From assembly GCA_951406725.2 (NCBI GenBank), contig OX597833.1, positions 55,366,001-55,430,000 on the forward strand: a DNA stretch of 64,000 bases, given 5' to 3'. Below are positions 27,160 through 39,576 of the stretch, one piece after another. The notes below the pieces were generated by a model. That model was given only the letters and a program-made list of their open reading frames with translations, was not told the origin of the DNA and did no database searches. A program made the position numbers and the translations under genes. The stretch is from Octopus vulgaris (lineage: Eukaryota). The stretch's first letter is position 1. The number at the start of each line of letters is the position of its first letter.

Positions 27160-27734
27160 ACTAAACTACCAAGTAAGGCACAGGCGTGGCTCTGCAGTAA
27201 GAAGTTTGCTTCCCAGCCACATGGTTTCGGGTTCAGTCTCACTACTTGGCACCTCGGGCAAGTGTCTTTTACTATAGCGTCAGACTGACCAAAACTTTGT
27301 GAGTGGATTTGGTAGGTGGAAACTGAAAGAAGCCCATCATATATACATGTGTGTGTTTGTGTTTGTCCCTCACCATCGTTTGACAACTGGTGTTGGTTGG
27401 TTTACATCCCCATAACTTAGCAGTTCGGTGAAAGAGACCAATGAAATAGTACTAGGTTTAAAAAAAAAATACTGGAGTTGATTCATTCAGCTTAATACCC
27501 TTAAGATAAAAGATAGACATACAAGCAAGTGAGTTAACAGAATTGTTACAGCATTAGACAAAACGATTTGCAGTTGTTTGTTGTGTGGATCTTTACATTC
27601 AGAGTTCAAATTCAGCTGAGGTCAGTTTCTGTCTTCTGTCATTCTGAGGTCATTAAGATAAGTTACTAGTCCATGGCAGTAGGTTAACTCATATACATAC
27701 ATACACACACGTTAGAATGTCTGTGATGATGATG

Positions 27735-27768
<34 letters not shown>

Positions 27769-27930
27769 ACACAAACACACACACATAATATATGTAAATA
27801 AATTAGAGAAGAACCACCATGAAGCAATTCAACAATGATATACTTAAATCATACCATATAGAAAAAATTAAAGATATGATAAAACATTTACCTAAAACTA
27901 AATAAAGTACTAAATAATAAATAAATAGTA

Positions 27931-28015
27931 TAGACTGCACGTGTTTCGTGGCTATATTTTCAAATTGATAACAATAAAATCAATTCAAGTTAAATATAGT
28001 CACTCATCAGGTCTA
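27931..28015 (-). ncRNA. Type-I hammerhead ribozyme motif with U16.1>C (GCA triplet)
   Basis: Minus strand reads TAGAC CTGATGA GTGACTATATTT...AAATATAGCCAC GAAA C ACGT G CA GTCTA: 5-bp stem I, stem II with 11 of 12 pairs, palindromic ACGT loop. Confidence 0.8.
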
Positions 28016-28590
28016 AGATAAACACAATAAAATTATTAAATAAATATACGTATATTATCTTATAAGAAAAGATAAATATATATAAAAATACGTTATTTTA
28101 CAATAAAAAATTCGAACAAAATTCAACAATATATCTTAAAATAAAAACATGACTTATCTTATTGAATATATTCTGTTAACTTAAATCTTTAAACTTAATA
28201 CGTAGGACTTAGTGTTTATAATAAATTTATCTCGTTAAAAAAGTGGTGTAAATAAAAATAGAATAAATAGATAGAAATATTTATTTTATCTATGAAAATA
28301 TATATTTTCATAGATATTTTCATAGATACAATGGACACACTTGTATAGGATTTGAATCCGGGGACAAGCAAGACGTATTATTTATGTGTATGTGTGTGGG
28401 GATTTGCATATGTATGTATATATCAATGTGTGAGTGTGTGTTTTATATGTATATATGTAATATTAGTAAAAAATTTATCTACACACTTTGCATGTATGTG
28501 TGTATGTGTTTGCATATGCATATATGTACGTCACATATTCTGAGGCCTCATATATCTGTTAAAATGTCTATTTGATGAGTACTGCTATTT

Positions 28591-28682
28591 ATATCCTCCC
28601 TGAAGAGATTGATGCATTGCTAACCATTATTCATCCTATCGGACGTATTTTGGATGCATCCATCGAAACATGTAGGAGATAT
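28591..28682 (+). ncRNA. Minimal type-I hammerhead ribozyme motif with canonical core
   Basis: Stem I ATATcCTCC/GGAGATAT; CUGAAGA at 28600-28606; stem II GATTGATGCAT/ATGCATCCATC (10 of 11 pairs); GAAA at 28665-28668; 1-bp stem III with palindromic CAUG loop; GUA triplet at 28672-28674. Confidence 0.85.
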
Positions 28683-28740
28683 GAAGATATAAATGATTTA
28701 ATAACATCTTGAGTGTTTGTCTCCATTTTCTATTTTCCCT

Positions 28741-29003
<263 letters not shown>

Positions 29004-29292
29004 ACATACATGCACACACACATATATACATGGGTTGGATGGTTTAACAGGAGCTGGCTAGGCAGAAGACTATACCAGGCTACTGTGTCTGTTTTGATGT
29101 TGCTTTTACTGCTGGATGCCCTTCCGAATGCCAACCACTTCACAGTGTGGACCGGATGCTTTTTTTACATGGCACCAGCATCGGCAGGGTCAACAAGTAA
29201 CTTGCAAGACGAGGAATTCTGAGAGGGAAGGGGACATTGAAGGTGATCTTACAGATACACACACACATTCACATAAATCAGATAAGTAGATT

Positions 29293-29490
29293 ACAGAGAT
29301 GTACTTGCATAGCAAGTGACCTGATCTGAGATTATGTGCTGGAACGAAAACAATTGCAGCATGGAAGGTGTTTATAAGCCTTTTAAGAAACACACACAAA
29401 CCGTTGGATTCACTTCAACATTTAAATTTAATTTGCCGAAATATTTTCGTTGCTTTCAGACCATGACCTGTTCACTGACAAAATTCCGTG
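29293..29490 (-). mobile_element. Single (non-inverted) copy of the GUGAACA-hammerhead repeat
   Basis: Colinear and highly similar to 3785-3972 (ACAGAGATGTACTTGC...CCTGTTCACTGACA). Confidence 0.75.
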
Positions 29491-31498
29491 CTTCATCTCA
29501 TTGTGTTAAAGTAAATTCTGTGCTGCATCTAATGTGTTAATGTAGATTGTTATTTCGTTACCTGACAGCTGTTTCATAATCTGTATTGGTCATATAAGCA
29601 ACTGTGCATCATGCATTACACATCCTGGTCCTTCTTGATAGCCATGCTCCAGGTACAGAGCTTACTGTGAGATTTGTTTGATTGTTTGAATCTCCAATCT
29701 TATTCTCTCTCTCTCTTCCACACACACATGCAGGCATGGCTTTAATCAAGAAGCTTGCTTAGCAACCATATGGTTTTGGGTTGTCCCACTATACAGCACC
29801 TTGAGCAAGTATTTCGTATTCTAAAACCCCAGGCTAACCAAAACCCTTGTGGATGAATTTGGTAGATGGAAACTGTGGGGAAGCCTGTCATGTATACATG
29901 TGTGTGTGTGTGTGTCTTTGTGCCTCTGCTTGTCACTCTCTACCACTGGACAACCAGTGTAAGTTTGTTTACATCCCTGTAACTTAACAGGTTGGCAAAA
30001 GAAACCAATAGATTAATGTAACCAAAGTACTGGTTCAATTTTTTGGCCCAAAACCTTCGAGGTAATGCCCCAGCATAGCCATAGTTCAATAACGGAAATA
30101 AGTAAAAGATAAACATATGTACACGCACACATATATATATACAATTGTGGCTGTGTGATAAGTAGCTTGCTTCCCATCCAAATGGTTCCAGGTTCAGTCC
30201 CACTGCATGGTACCGTGAGCAAGTGTCTTTTACTATAACCTCAAGGTAACCAAAGCCTTGTCAGAAGATTTGGTAGACGGAAACTGAAAGAAGCCCATTG
30301 TACTTATGTATATATCTATACACACACATATATATGTATATATATATGTGTGTGTGTATGTATCTAGGCACATGTCTTTGTATCTGTGTCTGTCCCCGCA
30401 TCACTGCTTGACAATGGGTGTTGGTGTGGTTACATCCCTGTAACTTAGCAGTTCGGCAAAAGAGACTGATAGAATAAGTACTAGGGTTAAAAATAACAAG
30501 TCCTGGGGTCAAATTGTTCATCTACAATCCTTAAAGATAGTGCTCCAGCATGGCTGCAGTCAAATGACCGAGGCATATAAAAGAATGAAAGAACCTCTAT
30601 ATTTGCACACGCATGTACACGTGTGCATGCACAACCATACATGCGTGCGCTTACATACAACATGCGGCCCCGTCTAATGTTTAAGACATCATAGCTGGGT
30701 GTCGGTTGCTATAGCAGCATTGCTTGACATCTAATTTACTTTCGCTGCAGTTTATTCTCAACTAAGAGTATAGTCATGTCCCTCAAGACAAAAACGGACA
30801 CTTTGCTAAAGAAGGTGTGTGTGTGTGTGCGTGCATGCATATGTATGCATGTGTGTGTCTGTGTGTGTGTAAGTTGGGGAATGGGTTAGTGAAATGATTA
30901 ATCCACATTTCATTCCAGTATCGCTAAAATACTGCCAGACATAACTACTGTATCTGTTACAGGACTGTAATGACAAAATAATGATGACGAAATACTACTA
31001 AAGTGTTAAATATATTTTTAACCATGTGATCTCACATGATAGCCATAAGTACTTCACTTCAGAACAGAATAAAACTTAATGGTCTTTGTGTATTTTTGTT
31101 CTTGTTGTTGTGTGTGTGCTTTGTGTCATTCTTTAGTTTCATTACTGCCTTTTGTCTAGCTCCACACCGACTAATGTTTTCCAGGAACTCGTTTAACCCA
31201 GCATTGTTTTCTCGTTGGTTTTATTTTTATGCGAAAATAATGCCTCCAGTGTCACTTTGCTGCCTCATCTTCTTTCTTTGCTTATCAACCACTTAACATA
31301 CATAATTACTAATGGTATTAGCTACGTTGACAGTGTGCATTCAATTCAAACGGACTATCAGAGATGTTGGTTTCCTCCCTGCGTTGCTTACTGCTATCAA
31401 AGGTGAGAAGGCTGAAAATCTTGCTGTTGCAGTCTGAATAAGATAGAAACATGTTCGGAGTTGTCTCCCATACTTGCTCTCAAATTAAATTATCAATT

Positions 31499-31902
31499 AC
31501 TCTTTTACTTGTTTCAGTCATTTGGCTGCGGCCATGCTGGAGCACCGCCTTTAGTCAAGCAAATCAATCCCAGGACTTATTCTTTGTAAGCCTAGTACTT
31601 ATTCTATCGGTCTCTTTTGCTGAGCTGCTAAGTTACGGGGACATAAACACACCAGCAGCGGTTGTCAAGCGATGTTGGTTGATGGGACAAACACAGACAC
31701 ACAAACATATACACACACACATACCTATATATATATACATATATACGATGGGCTTCTTTCAGTTTCCATCTACGAAATCCACTCACAAGGCTTCGGTTGG
31801 CCCGATGCTATAGTAGAAGACACTTGCCCAAGGTGGCACACAGTGGGACTGAACCTGGAACCATGTGGTTTGTAAGCAAGCTACTTACCACACAGCCATT
31901 CC
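31499..31902 (-). mobile_element. tRNA-derived SINE family A
   Basis: Reverse complement of family A. Confidence 0.85.
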
Positions 31903-33322
31903 TATTTTTTCTACAGTTAGTGGTCTTCTAGATCCCATACTTAGTGTTAGTTTTTTAAAATATATAAATGTAGGGAGAGGCATGGCTGGGTGGTTATGAA
32001 GCTTGCTATGCAATGTGGTTTTCAGGTTCAGTCCCACTGCTCTATACCATTGGCAGGTGTCATCTTTTGTAGCACTTGGCCGACCAATGCCCTGTGGGTT
32101 TGATAGATGGAAACTGTGTTGAAGGGTATTGTGAAAGGTCTGGTTGGAGACCCAACCTTCTGGGTTCTTTTACAGAGCTTAGAAAAACTGAAGGACCACT
32201 GCAATAAGAGAGAAATATGTTGAATAAAATCATAATTAACTGATCTTCTTGTATTTTCCTTTACCCGAAACCAGGAAAATTTTTCAGCACCCCTCGTATG
32301 TCTGTGCGTATCTGTGTTCATCCCCTACCACCACTTGACAACTGGTGTTGTGGTGTTGGTTTATTTATATCCCCCTAACTTAGCAATTCAATAAAAGAGA
32401 TCAACTGACTATGTACCAGACCTATACAAAACTTAGGTACCAGAGTTGATTTGTTTGACTAAAACAAATGACGGCTGTGCCCCCAGCATGGCCACAACTC
32501 AATGACTGAAACAAGTAAAAAATTAAAGATACCTGAGTTGATACAATTATAAGTTTTCAAATTTACTAAACTCATTGTTGGAGATGCAACACTTTTTTTT
32601 TTAATAACTACACTGTTCTGTTTGGTTTTCCTTTACTACTTTCAGTCGCCGTTGGCTCTCTTATTCTTGAATTTCTATAAAGCACTACTTTGGATTCAAT
32701 CTAAAAATCTTTATCCTTAAACTCATGATAATACCTCACACCCACTTATATCACATTCATGAACAAGACACCCGATTACAATCAGAGCTGAAACTTATAG
32801 AGATGCACTGTACACGTAAAATATTTTTAAAAAATATTTCGTTTCCAAAGATGAGGTGAACAATAAGATTATAATTCTTTGTAATTCTACAGAATTATAA
32901 TCTTACTAGTTTTAGTTAGCTTTTTATCGATCTCTCATTAAATATGTTAGCTTTAATTCAGCTAACGTGTTAATCAGTTAAGATACAGTTGTGTTTGAAT
33001 AAATAATACTGTCGTTATGGTGTCCAGATCCAGCTTGTTTGAAAGATAAAAGTTTAAAATATTCTTTGTCAGTGCTGCAAATTTCTGAGACAAAAGACTT
33101 GCCCGAGTCCTGCCTTATTTCCCTGAACAAAGTGAAAGCTCTCTTTCTGTTTAATCATAATACCTGTCAATTTTGAATAGGTATGAAATACTGCCGTTAT
33201 GTATGTGCTGAATAGGTAAGTATTGCGATTAAACCCAGAGGAAGCCTTGAACTTTTAAGAGGAATTTTAAGTAAGTTAAAAGAGCAAGACTTTGCTGCAG
33301 CAATTTGCATCGTGTAAGACAG

Positions 33323-33442
33323 TCATCATCATCATCTTCATCATCATCATCACCATCACCATCTTCATCATCATCACCATCTTCATCATCATCATCACCA
33401 TCACCATCTTCATCATCATCACCATCACCATCATCATCATCA
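33323..33442. repeat. (CAT/CAC/CTT)n compound trinucleotide repeat
   Basis: Directly visible. Confidence 0.93.
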
Positions 33443-35052
33443 TACTTTCCACTTTTCTCTCTTGGCAGTACGCCATGCTTGAGTAAAAGGCCCATCAAGC
33501 CAAGTGAAATCTTACTGGTGGCACTGTAAAAGCATCCATTATACTCTTGGAGTGGTTGGCATTAGGAAGGACATCCAGCTATAGAAACCATGCCAAATCA
33601 GACTGGAATCTGGTGCAGTTCCTCAGCTTACTGGCCCTGGTCCAACCATCCAACCCATGCCACCATGGACAACGTATGTTAAATGATGATGATGATAGTA
33701 CATACTGTGTTTGCACATTTCGGGGCCATGCACTAATACTGCAAATCCTTGTAATCTCTCTCTCTCTCCACTTCCCCCTCTTCCCCTCGCAGTAATTTGT
33801 TGAGTCACTTTTATTATACTAGCAAGATGGATTTGAACCTAGTACCTACAGAGTTGAAACTAAAAACTACATAACTTTACTCTCTTGGCATCTTTATCGT
33901 TTGATAATGTGTATAGCGATGTGTGATGGTGATGATACTGATGCTAGCAGTGGATGATATTGGTGGTGCTAGTTGTAGTGATAAGTGATGCTGGTACTCA
34001 TATTGGTAGTGGTGATGTTGATGATGTTGATAATGGCTCTACCAATTTCATAATGCAACAATGTCACACTTAGAATGTCACAAACAAATGTTTATCATAC
34101 AAAGTATTTTTTTTTTCCTTTTCTCTCTTTGTTTTTATACTAAATATTGTTTTCTCATCCTGTCTTTGGGAAAAAAAAAAGTCTTTTTTATTTTCTCTTT
34201 CTCCCATCATTATTTTTCTGAACTACCAGCTGATATCCTATTAACGAAGTATCTATTAATCTTTTGTTGATTCATACCAAAGCCATATTTCATTTCATTT
34301 CATTTCCACAGCTGAAGTTTTATTTCTCAGTAGTTAGCTGGTAACTTATGTGATTACTTCTGCCACACTCATCATACGAAAACAGTAACAACAACAACAA
34401 CAACAACAATAATGATAATGATATATTGATATTTGATACTGTTGCCATATCACACTTGTGTGTTAGTAATAAATGGACAGCAACAAGAACAACAACAACA
34501 GCTAAGGCGGTGAGCTGGCAGAATCGTTAACACGCCAGGCGAAATGTTTAGCGGTATTTCGTCTGCCGTTACGTTCTGAGTTCGAATTCCGCCGAGGTCG
34601 ACTTTGCCTATCATCCTTTCAGGGTCGATAAATTAAGTACCAGTTACACACTGGGGTCGATGTAATCGACTTAATCCGTTTGTCTGTCCTTGTTTGTCCC
34701 CTCTGTGTTTAGCCCCTTGTGGGTAGCAAAGAAATACATATTGCGCTGTGATAAAGACTACTCGCGGCATCTCTTTCTAAAATGACTAAATGGAGGTTGT
34801 CCACTGGAAAATGTTACTAAATCTTTTTTTTAAAAAAAAAAACAAAAGCAAAATGCTGCTGGAACCATCCAAAGACAACCCATGCTTTGCAGCAAAACAA
34901 ACAGAACACTAGTTTTTTATTTATTTATCTAGTTTCAGCTCACGAGCTGTGGCCATGCTGGGGCACCATAAAAATATATTAAATGTTGATGATGATTATG
35001 ATGCTGATGATGGTGATAATAAGGATTGTTGTTTTCTTTTTTTCTTCCGCAG

Positions 35053-35166
35053 AGATTACCATGTGAAGAAACCTCCATTGTAGAATGCAGCAGTACGACC
35101 CCGAGAGATGTATGTGAAGAGCCTGTACAGAATCAGAACTCATCAGTTTCTGATACCACAACTTTG
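35053..35166 (+). CDS. Coding exon of NUGGC-like gene (RLPCEETSIVECSS...SDTTTL)
   Basis: T-rich tract + CCGCAG acceptor; GTAAGT donor at 35167; 114 nt, phase 0-0, joins in frame to 37240. Confidence 0.75.
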
Positions 35167-35186
35167 GTAAGTTTCACCATTTACAG

Positions 35187-36337
35187 TAGTGGTTGTCAAC
35201 CCTTTTTTTTTTTATCTATGGACCTCTTTGGTTACCATTTCATTTTGATGGACCCTCCCCCACCAGCCATCTGATGTTTAACCCTTTCGTTACCGCATTT
35301 ATTTTGAGATGCTCTGTGTTTCTCTTAGTTATTTTAGATATTGCAAAGAATTTAGTAAAATAACTTAGTTATCATTCAGCTAGTGTTAGGAACATAAATT
35401 GTGACTAAGGTTTGGTGTAAGTTTTTAATTCAAAACTTATGAAAATAAGACATTTGTACTCAGAGCCAGGGCTGGTTTCAGCTGGGTTGGTAACAAAAGG
35501 GTTAACCATTTAGCATTTAAACCAGGCATAACCTGCCAAAATATTCCATCTATTTAATGTTCAAATAAGCCAGACCCAACCTTTCACACCTACCCTGTAA
35601 AGGTATTCTAAGAATGAACAATCACATCATTAAATTCTTGAAGCGGCAAGATAATGCATGATTAATTCAAGACAATTTGAATAAATAAGCATTAAACTTG
35701 GCAGAATAATCCAAATACCAAAGGATTAAAAAGTAATTTTATAGATATTTCTTTCAAAATTCCTACACCGTTTTTCACACTTCCACTTGTGTAAATTTGC
35801 AATAACACTTTTTGAGAGAATATGTTTCAGTGGCTGAAGACATATTTTATTTCTTTATTGCCCACAGGGGGCTAAACATAGAGGGGACAAACAAGGACAG
35901 GCAAAGGGATTAAGTCGATTACATCGACCCCAGTGTGTAACTGGTACTTAATTAATCGAACTCGAAAGGATGAAAGGCAGAGTCGACCTCAGCGGAATTT
36001 GAACTTAGAATGTAACGGCAAACGAAATGCTGCTAAACATTTCATCTGGCATTCTAACATATTGAGCCCTGTAAAATGTCAGAGGGGAAACCTAGCTGTT
36101 TCTTATTTCTTTATTGCCCACAAGGGGCTAAACATAGAGGGGACAAACAAGGAAAGAGAAAGGACAGAGAAGGAAACCGAGCTGTTTCTTGCTGTAAATA
36201 TATCTAAAGCAAACATTCTTCATGAACCCTTAAAATATTTCTGTGAATCCCCAATTTGCTACTTTGCTTGTGTGGACCCCCAAAAATCTTATATGGACCC
36301 CCAGAGACCATATATGGTCCCTGCTTGACAATCACTG
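35187..36337 (+). mobile_element. hAT (Charlie-like) non-autonomous element with nested MITEs and SINEs
   Basis: Termini TAGTGGTTGTCAA / TTGACAATCACTG; 8-bp TSD ATTTACAG / ATCTACAG; subterminal TGGACCC repeats. Confidence 0.68.
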
Positions 36338-36654
36338 ATCTACAGCATTGAAGCGTTCACCTGTATCATGCTCATTCGTAGTTGAGTGAACTGGAGCGAA
36401 TGGGAAATGAAACGTTTAGCTTAAGATCCCAACACACTGTTTGCTCCAGGTATTGAAACTGCAACATCCCAACCATTAGGCCACACACCTTCGTCAAACA
36501 AATTACCTTGTGGTATTCTGCTTGAGTTGCACAGATATCTGCTTGCGACACTCACCATCACAAATGCAATAAACCAGTGACTTAACCATTGAAAATGTAT
36601 TGCCACTAATAAATTTATAGATGTAAAAGTAAATTTGTTTGAAATTGGTTTTGC

Positions 36655-37068
36655 GGATTTTTTCGGTTTGAACGGCAGTTTTTAACATAATTTCTAGGTA
36701 AATAAAAAATGTTAAACTTTGTATACTGGTAGAATGTGTTTATAAAACATCTTTTTCTCTTGGCTTTATTGAGAAAATTCTATAGTTTGTAAGATATTTT
36801 GTTGTTTTTTTTCCTTCAATTTCTGCAATTTCAACCAATCAATGACGCCCATTGAGGTAAAAAACATTCTGTGCCGTATGAATATGTCTCTTGTTTAAGA
36901 AACAGATTGGATTTATTTACATTTGTAAAGAAAAAAAGATACCCTTCCCCCCACCCCTAACCCTAAAACAAATTGAAATGCAATAGATCGATACTAGGGT
37001 TATAATTATGGGTGACAATTTCATATGACACCGCTAGAAAAAAACTGCCATACAAACCGAAAAGATCC
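36655..37068. mobile_element. MITE with ~29-bp TIRs starting GGAT and perfect 8-bp TSD (Merlin- or Mutator-like; superfamily uncertain)
   Basis: GGATTTTTTCGGTTTGAACGGCAGTTTTT / AAAAACTGCCATACAAACCGAAAAGATCC; TSD GGTTTTGC at 36647-36654 and 37069-37076. Confidence 0.82.
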
Positions 37069-37239
37069 GGTTTTGCTCCTTTATTATCGTTGTCGTCATC
37101 GACGTCGACGACAATATTTTTGTTACCCTTATGAAACCATACTGGATCCAGAAATTATCATAATCAAATTGATTCACTCAAATTGAATAAATTTCCTTGC
37201 TGGTTTATAATTTTTATATTGTTTCTTCTTCTTTTGCAG

Positions 37240-39538
37240 GACTCTTGCGAAACAGAAAACCAAGTCAGTGACCAGGCTGAGATTGACTCTGGCTCAAATC
37301 GAAGAAGTCCTTTGAAAAACATGCGTTATGATTCTGCTGAGAAACTCTCATCTAAAATCACATATGAAAAGTCACCAGACTCCATGTATCCTTCATACAA
37401 AGACAGAATGAATGTGAAGAACTCAAACAATGAACCAGAATCGGGTCTAGCTGCTCTAGACCGCATCGAGGCTAATACTCTTCGAGAACTAGAAGATCTC
37501 GGTCGATACCCTAGTTCCACATCTTCTACCAAAAACTGTAGTTTTTCTACTGCTGATATTTCTCGAAAACCGCTGCAACCCCATTCTAGCCCCTCGTGTA
37601 GTGACCAGACTGACCCGGACATTGAAATTATTGACATCAAGCAGTCTGATTCACCGTTTCGGTGTAATGTGCCTCGCCGAAATAACAGAGATAAGGACAG
37701 AGCGTATAAATCTGTCATTGAGAATCCTCGGACTTACGACAGAAGTAATAGTGGTAATAGTAGTAGTAGTATGCTTGTTGAGAGTTCGCAGCCAGAAAAT
37801 ACAGATGTCATTGATTGTACAAATATTGTCCCCAAAAAAGAATATGACTATCATCAGGTAAGTTGTTCTTTCCCCAAAAACCCTCTGATCAGTGGCATTC
37901 GGCCGATGCTGCCCGACCAAAGTGTTGACAACAACGCTTCACAAGTTCACATCATCATCGACGACGATGACACGATTCAACCTGACCACCATTCCCCGCA
38001 AAGCGACTCTCATTTACACAACCAACGATCCATCGAAGCAACAAGCCATCCTCATGAAACCTTTGTGCGGACTCACTACGGTCAGACAGTTAAAATAAAA
38101 GACTCCGAAGATGCCATTTCATCCAACGTCGATCAACACCATTTATTTAATTTGGACAACAACCGGCAGCAAGCGGTGACCAGGATTATACCTGCTGACG
38201 GCCATGCTGGTGGATTACACAAAGATGTCAACATTCCAGTTGCTATAGATAGTTTACTAGGGACCAACAATCCTTCGGCTACCTTGCTGAGCCAACCCAG
38301 TTATGTGGACATCAGCCAGCTCAGCAAACGAAAGCTTGAGCTCTCTCCACCAAACCAACAGCCCTCCCAGAAAAAGGTCTGTGATGAAGCGAATGTTTCT
38401 GTAAACATTTCCAACTCACCAAAAGTGATGGAAGGGACCTTCCATATAAAAAATCCAAATATCACCCCCGTGTCTGGCTTTTCTCAGCGTGTGTCTTGTA
38501 ATATGAACTCGGACAATTCTAGTGAGTTAAGTTTAGTCACCAAATTTGAGTTCAAAATTGGCATGGACAATAAACTTGTCTCCAAGGCAGGTCTTGTTGG
38601 CGACCACAACTTGGTGGCTATTGCGGATGACAGTCAGAGTGGTGTAGCATCGACATGCCGCATCGAAGAAGTAGTCCCAACAGCCGAACCCAGTGTGGTC
38701 CCTTCATCAGCGGACGTACGAGTCGAGGCAGATACAACGGTGTCAGAGCATCAGCTCTCGCTTTCTAAACCTCATGCTGCATCTACGTTAGAGTCTATGA
38801 TATCACAGAGTTGCCGTCCAATGGATACTTCTGACGTACAGCAAATTGTTGGCTCAACCGGCATCGACAAAGCGTTGCCTTCATTTGTAGGTAATTCTCA
38901 TCCAAACACAATAATAAAACCACCACCACATCTAACCACCTTGTCTCCATCACCTCCCATATTTACACATCCCTCCGTTAGAACGCAACACAATGAAACC
39001 ACTGTACAAAACTCACCCACAAACACCAACAACACAAACACAACAGCCAACAACAACAACAATAACAATGATGATAGCTCCACCACATCTCACAGGTCAC
39101 AGGTAGTAGAGGGAGCTTCTACTACGAGTTCCGTAGTGGTGGCCATGCCAGATTCCCATAGTGCATCGTCAACAAACTCTAGTAATGACTGGAAGCATGA
39201 TCTCACTGTTGATGCACCAATGGAGTCTGGCGATCAGCAGGTACGTGTGAAGCTGGAGAATTCCGAGCCAGACACTAAACATACTATCAAGGAAGAGAAT
39301 GATCTTTCTTGTGCTAACCCTGATACCAACAGTTCGTCAGACACTTACTCTGACTCACAGACACAGTATGCATGCATTTCATCTGGTGCCGCAACGGCAA
39401 CAGGTTCCGCAGAGAGAGAGAACGACCGACCTCCTGATGATAAACACGCTTTTCTCGACGACACAAAGTCTGAAAGTCAATCAACCGCATCTTTGCCCAT
39501 ACTGGAGCAAGATGTTTCCCGGGACCCTTCAAATTTAG
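37240..39538 (+). CDS. Giant coding exon 1 (2299 nt); Ser/Asn/Asp/Thr-rich, predicted disordered N-terminal region of NUGGC-like protein
   Basis: Lies within the 852-aa ORF; TTGCAG acceptor at 37239; G|GTAGGT donor (phase 1); higher GC than flanks. Confidence 0.88.
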
Positions 39539-39576
39539 GTAGGTATTTCATTTGTTTCTGTAGGTGTTTTTTTTTT

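Noticed and set aside
33181-33215. AG...GTAAGT-bounded 35-nt exon candidate
   Set aside because: Stop codons in all three frames and a weak acceptor; no support without RNA data.
37183-37239. Signal-peptide-like N-terminus and hydrophobic C-terminus of the 852-aa ORF
   Set aside because: Both are translated intronic T-rich sequence outside the AG/GT exon boundaries.
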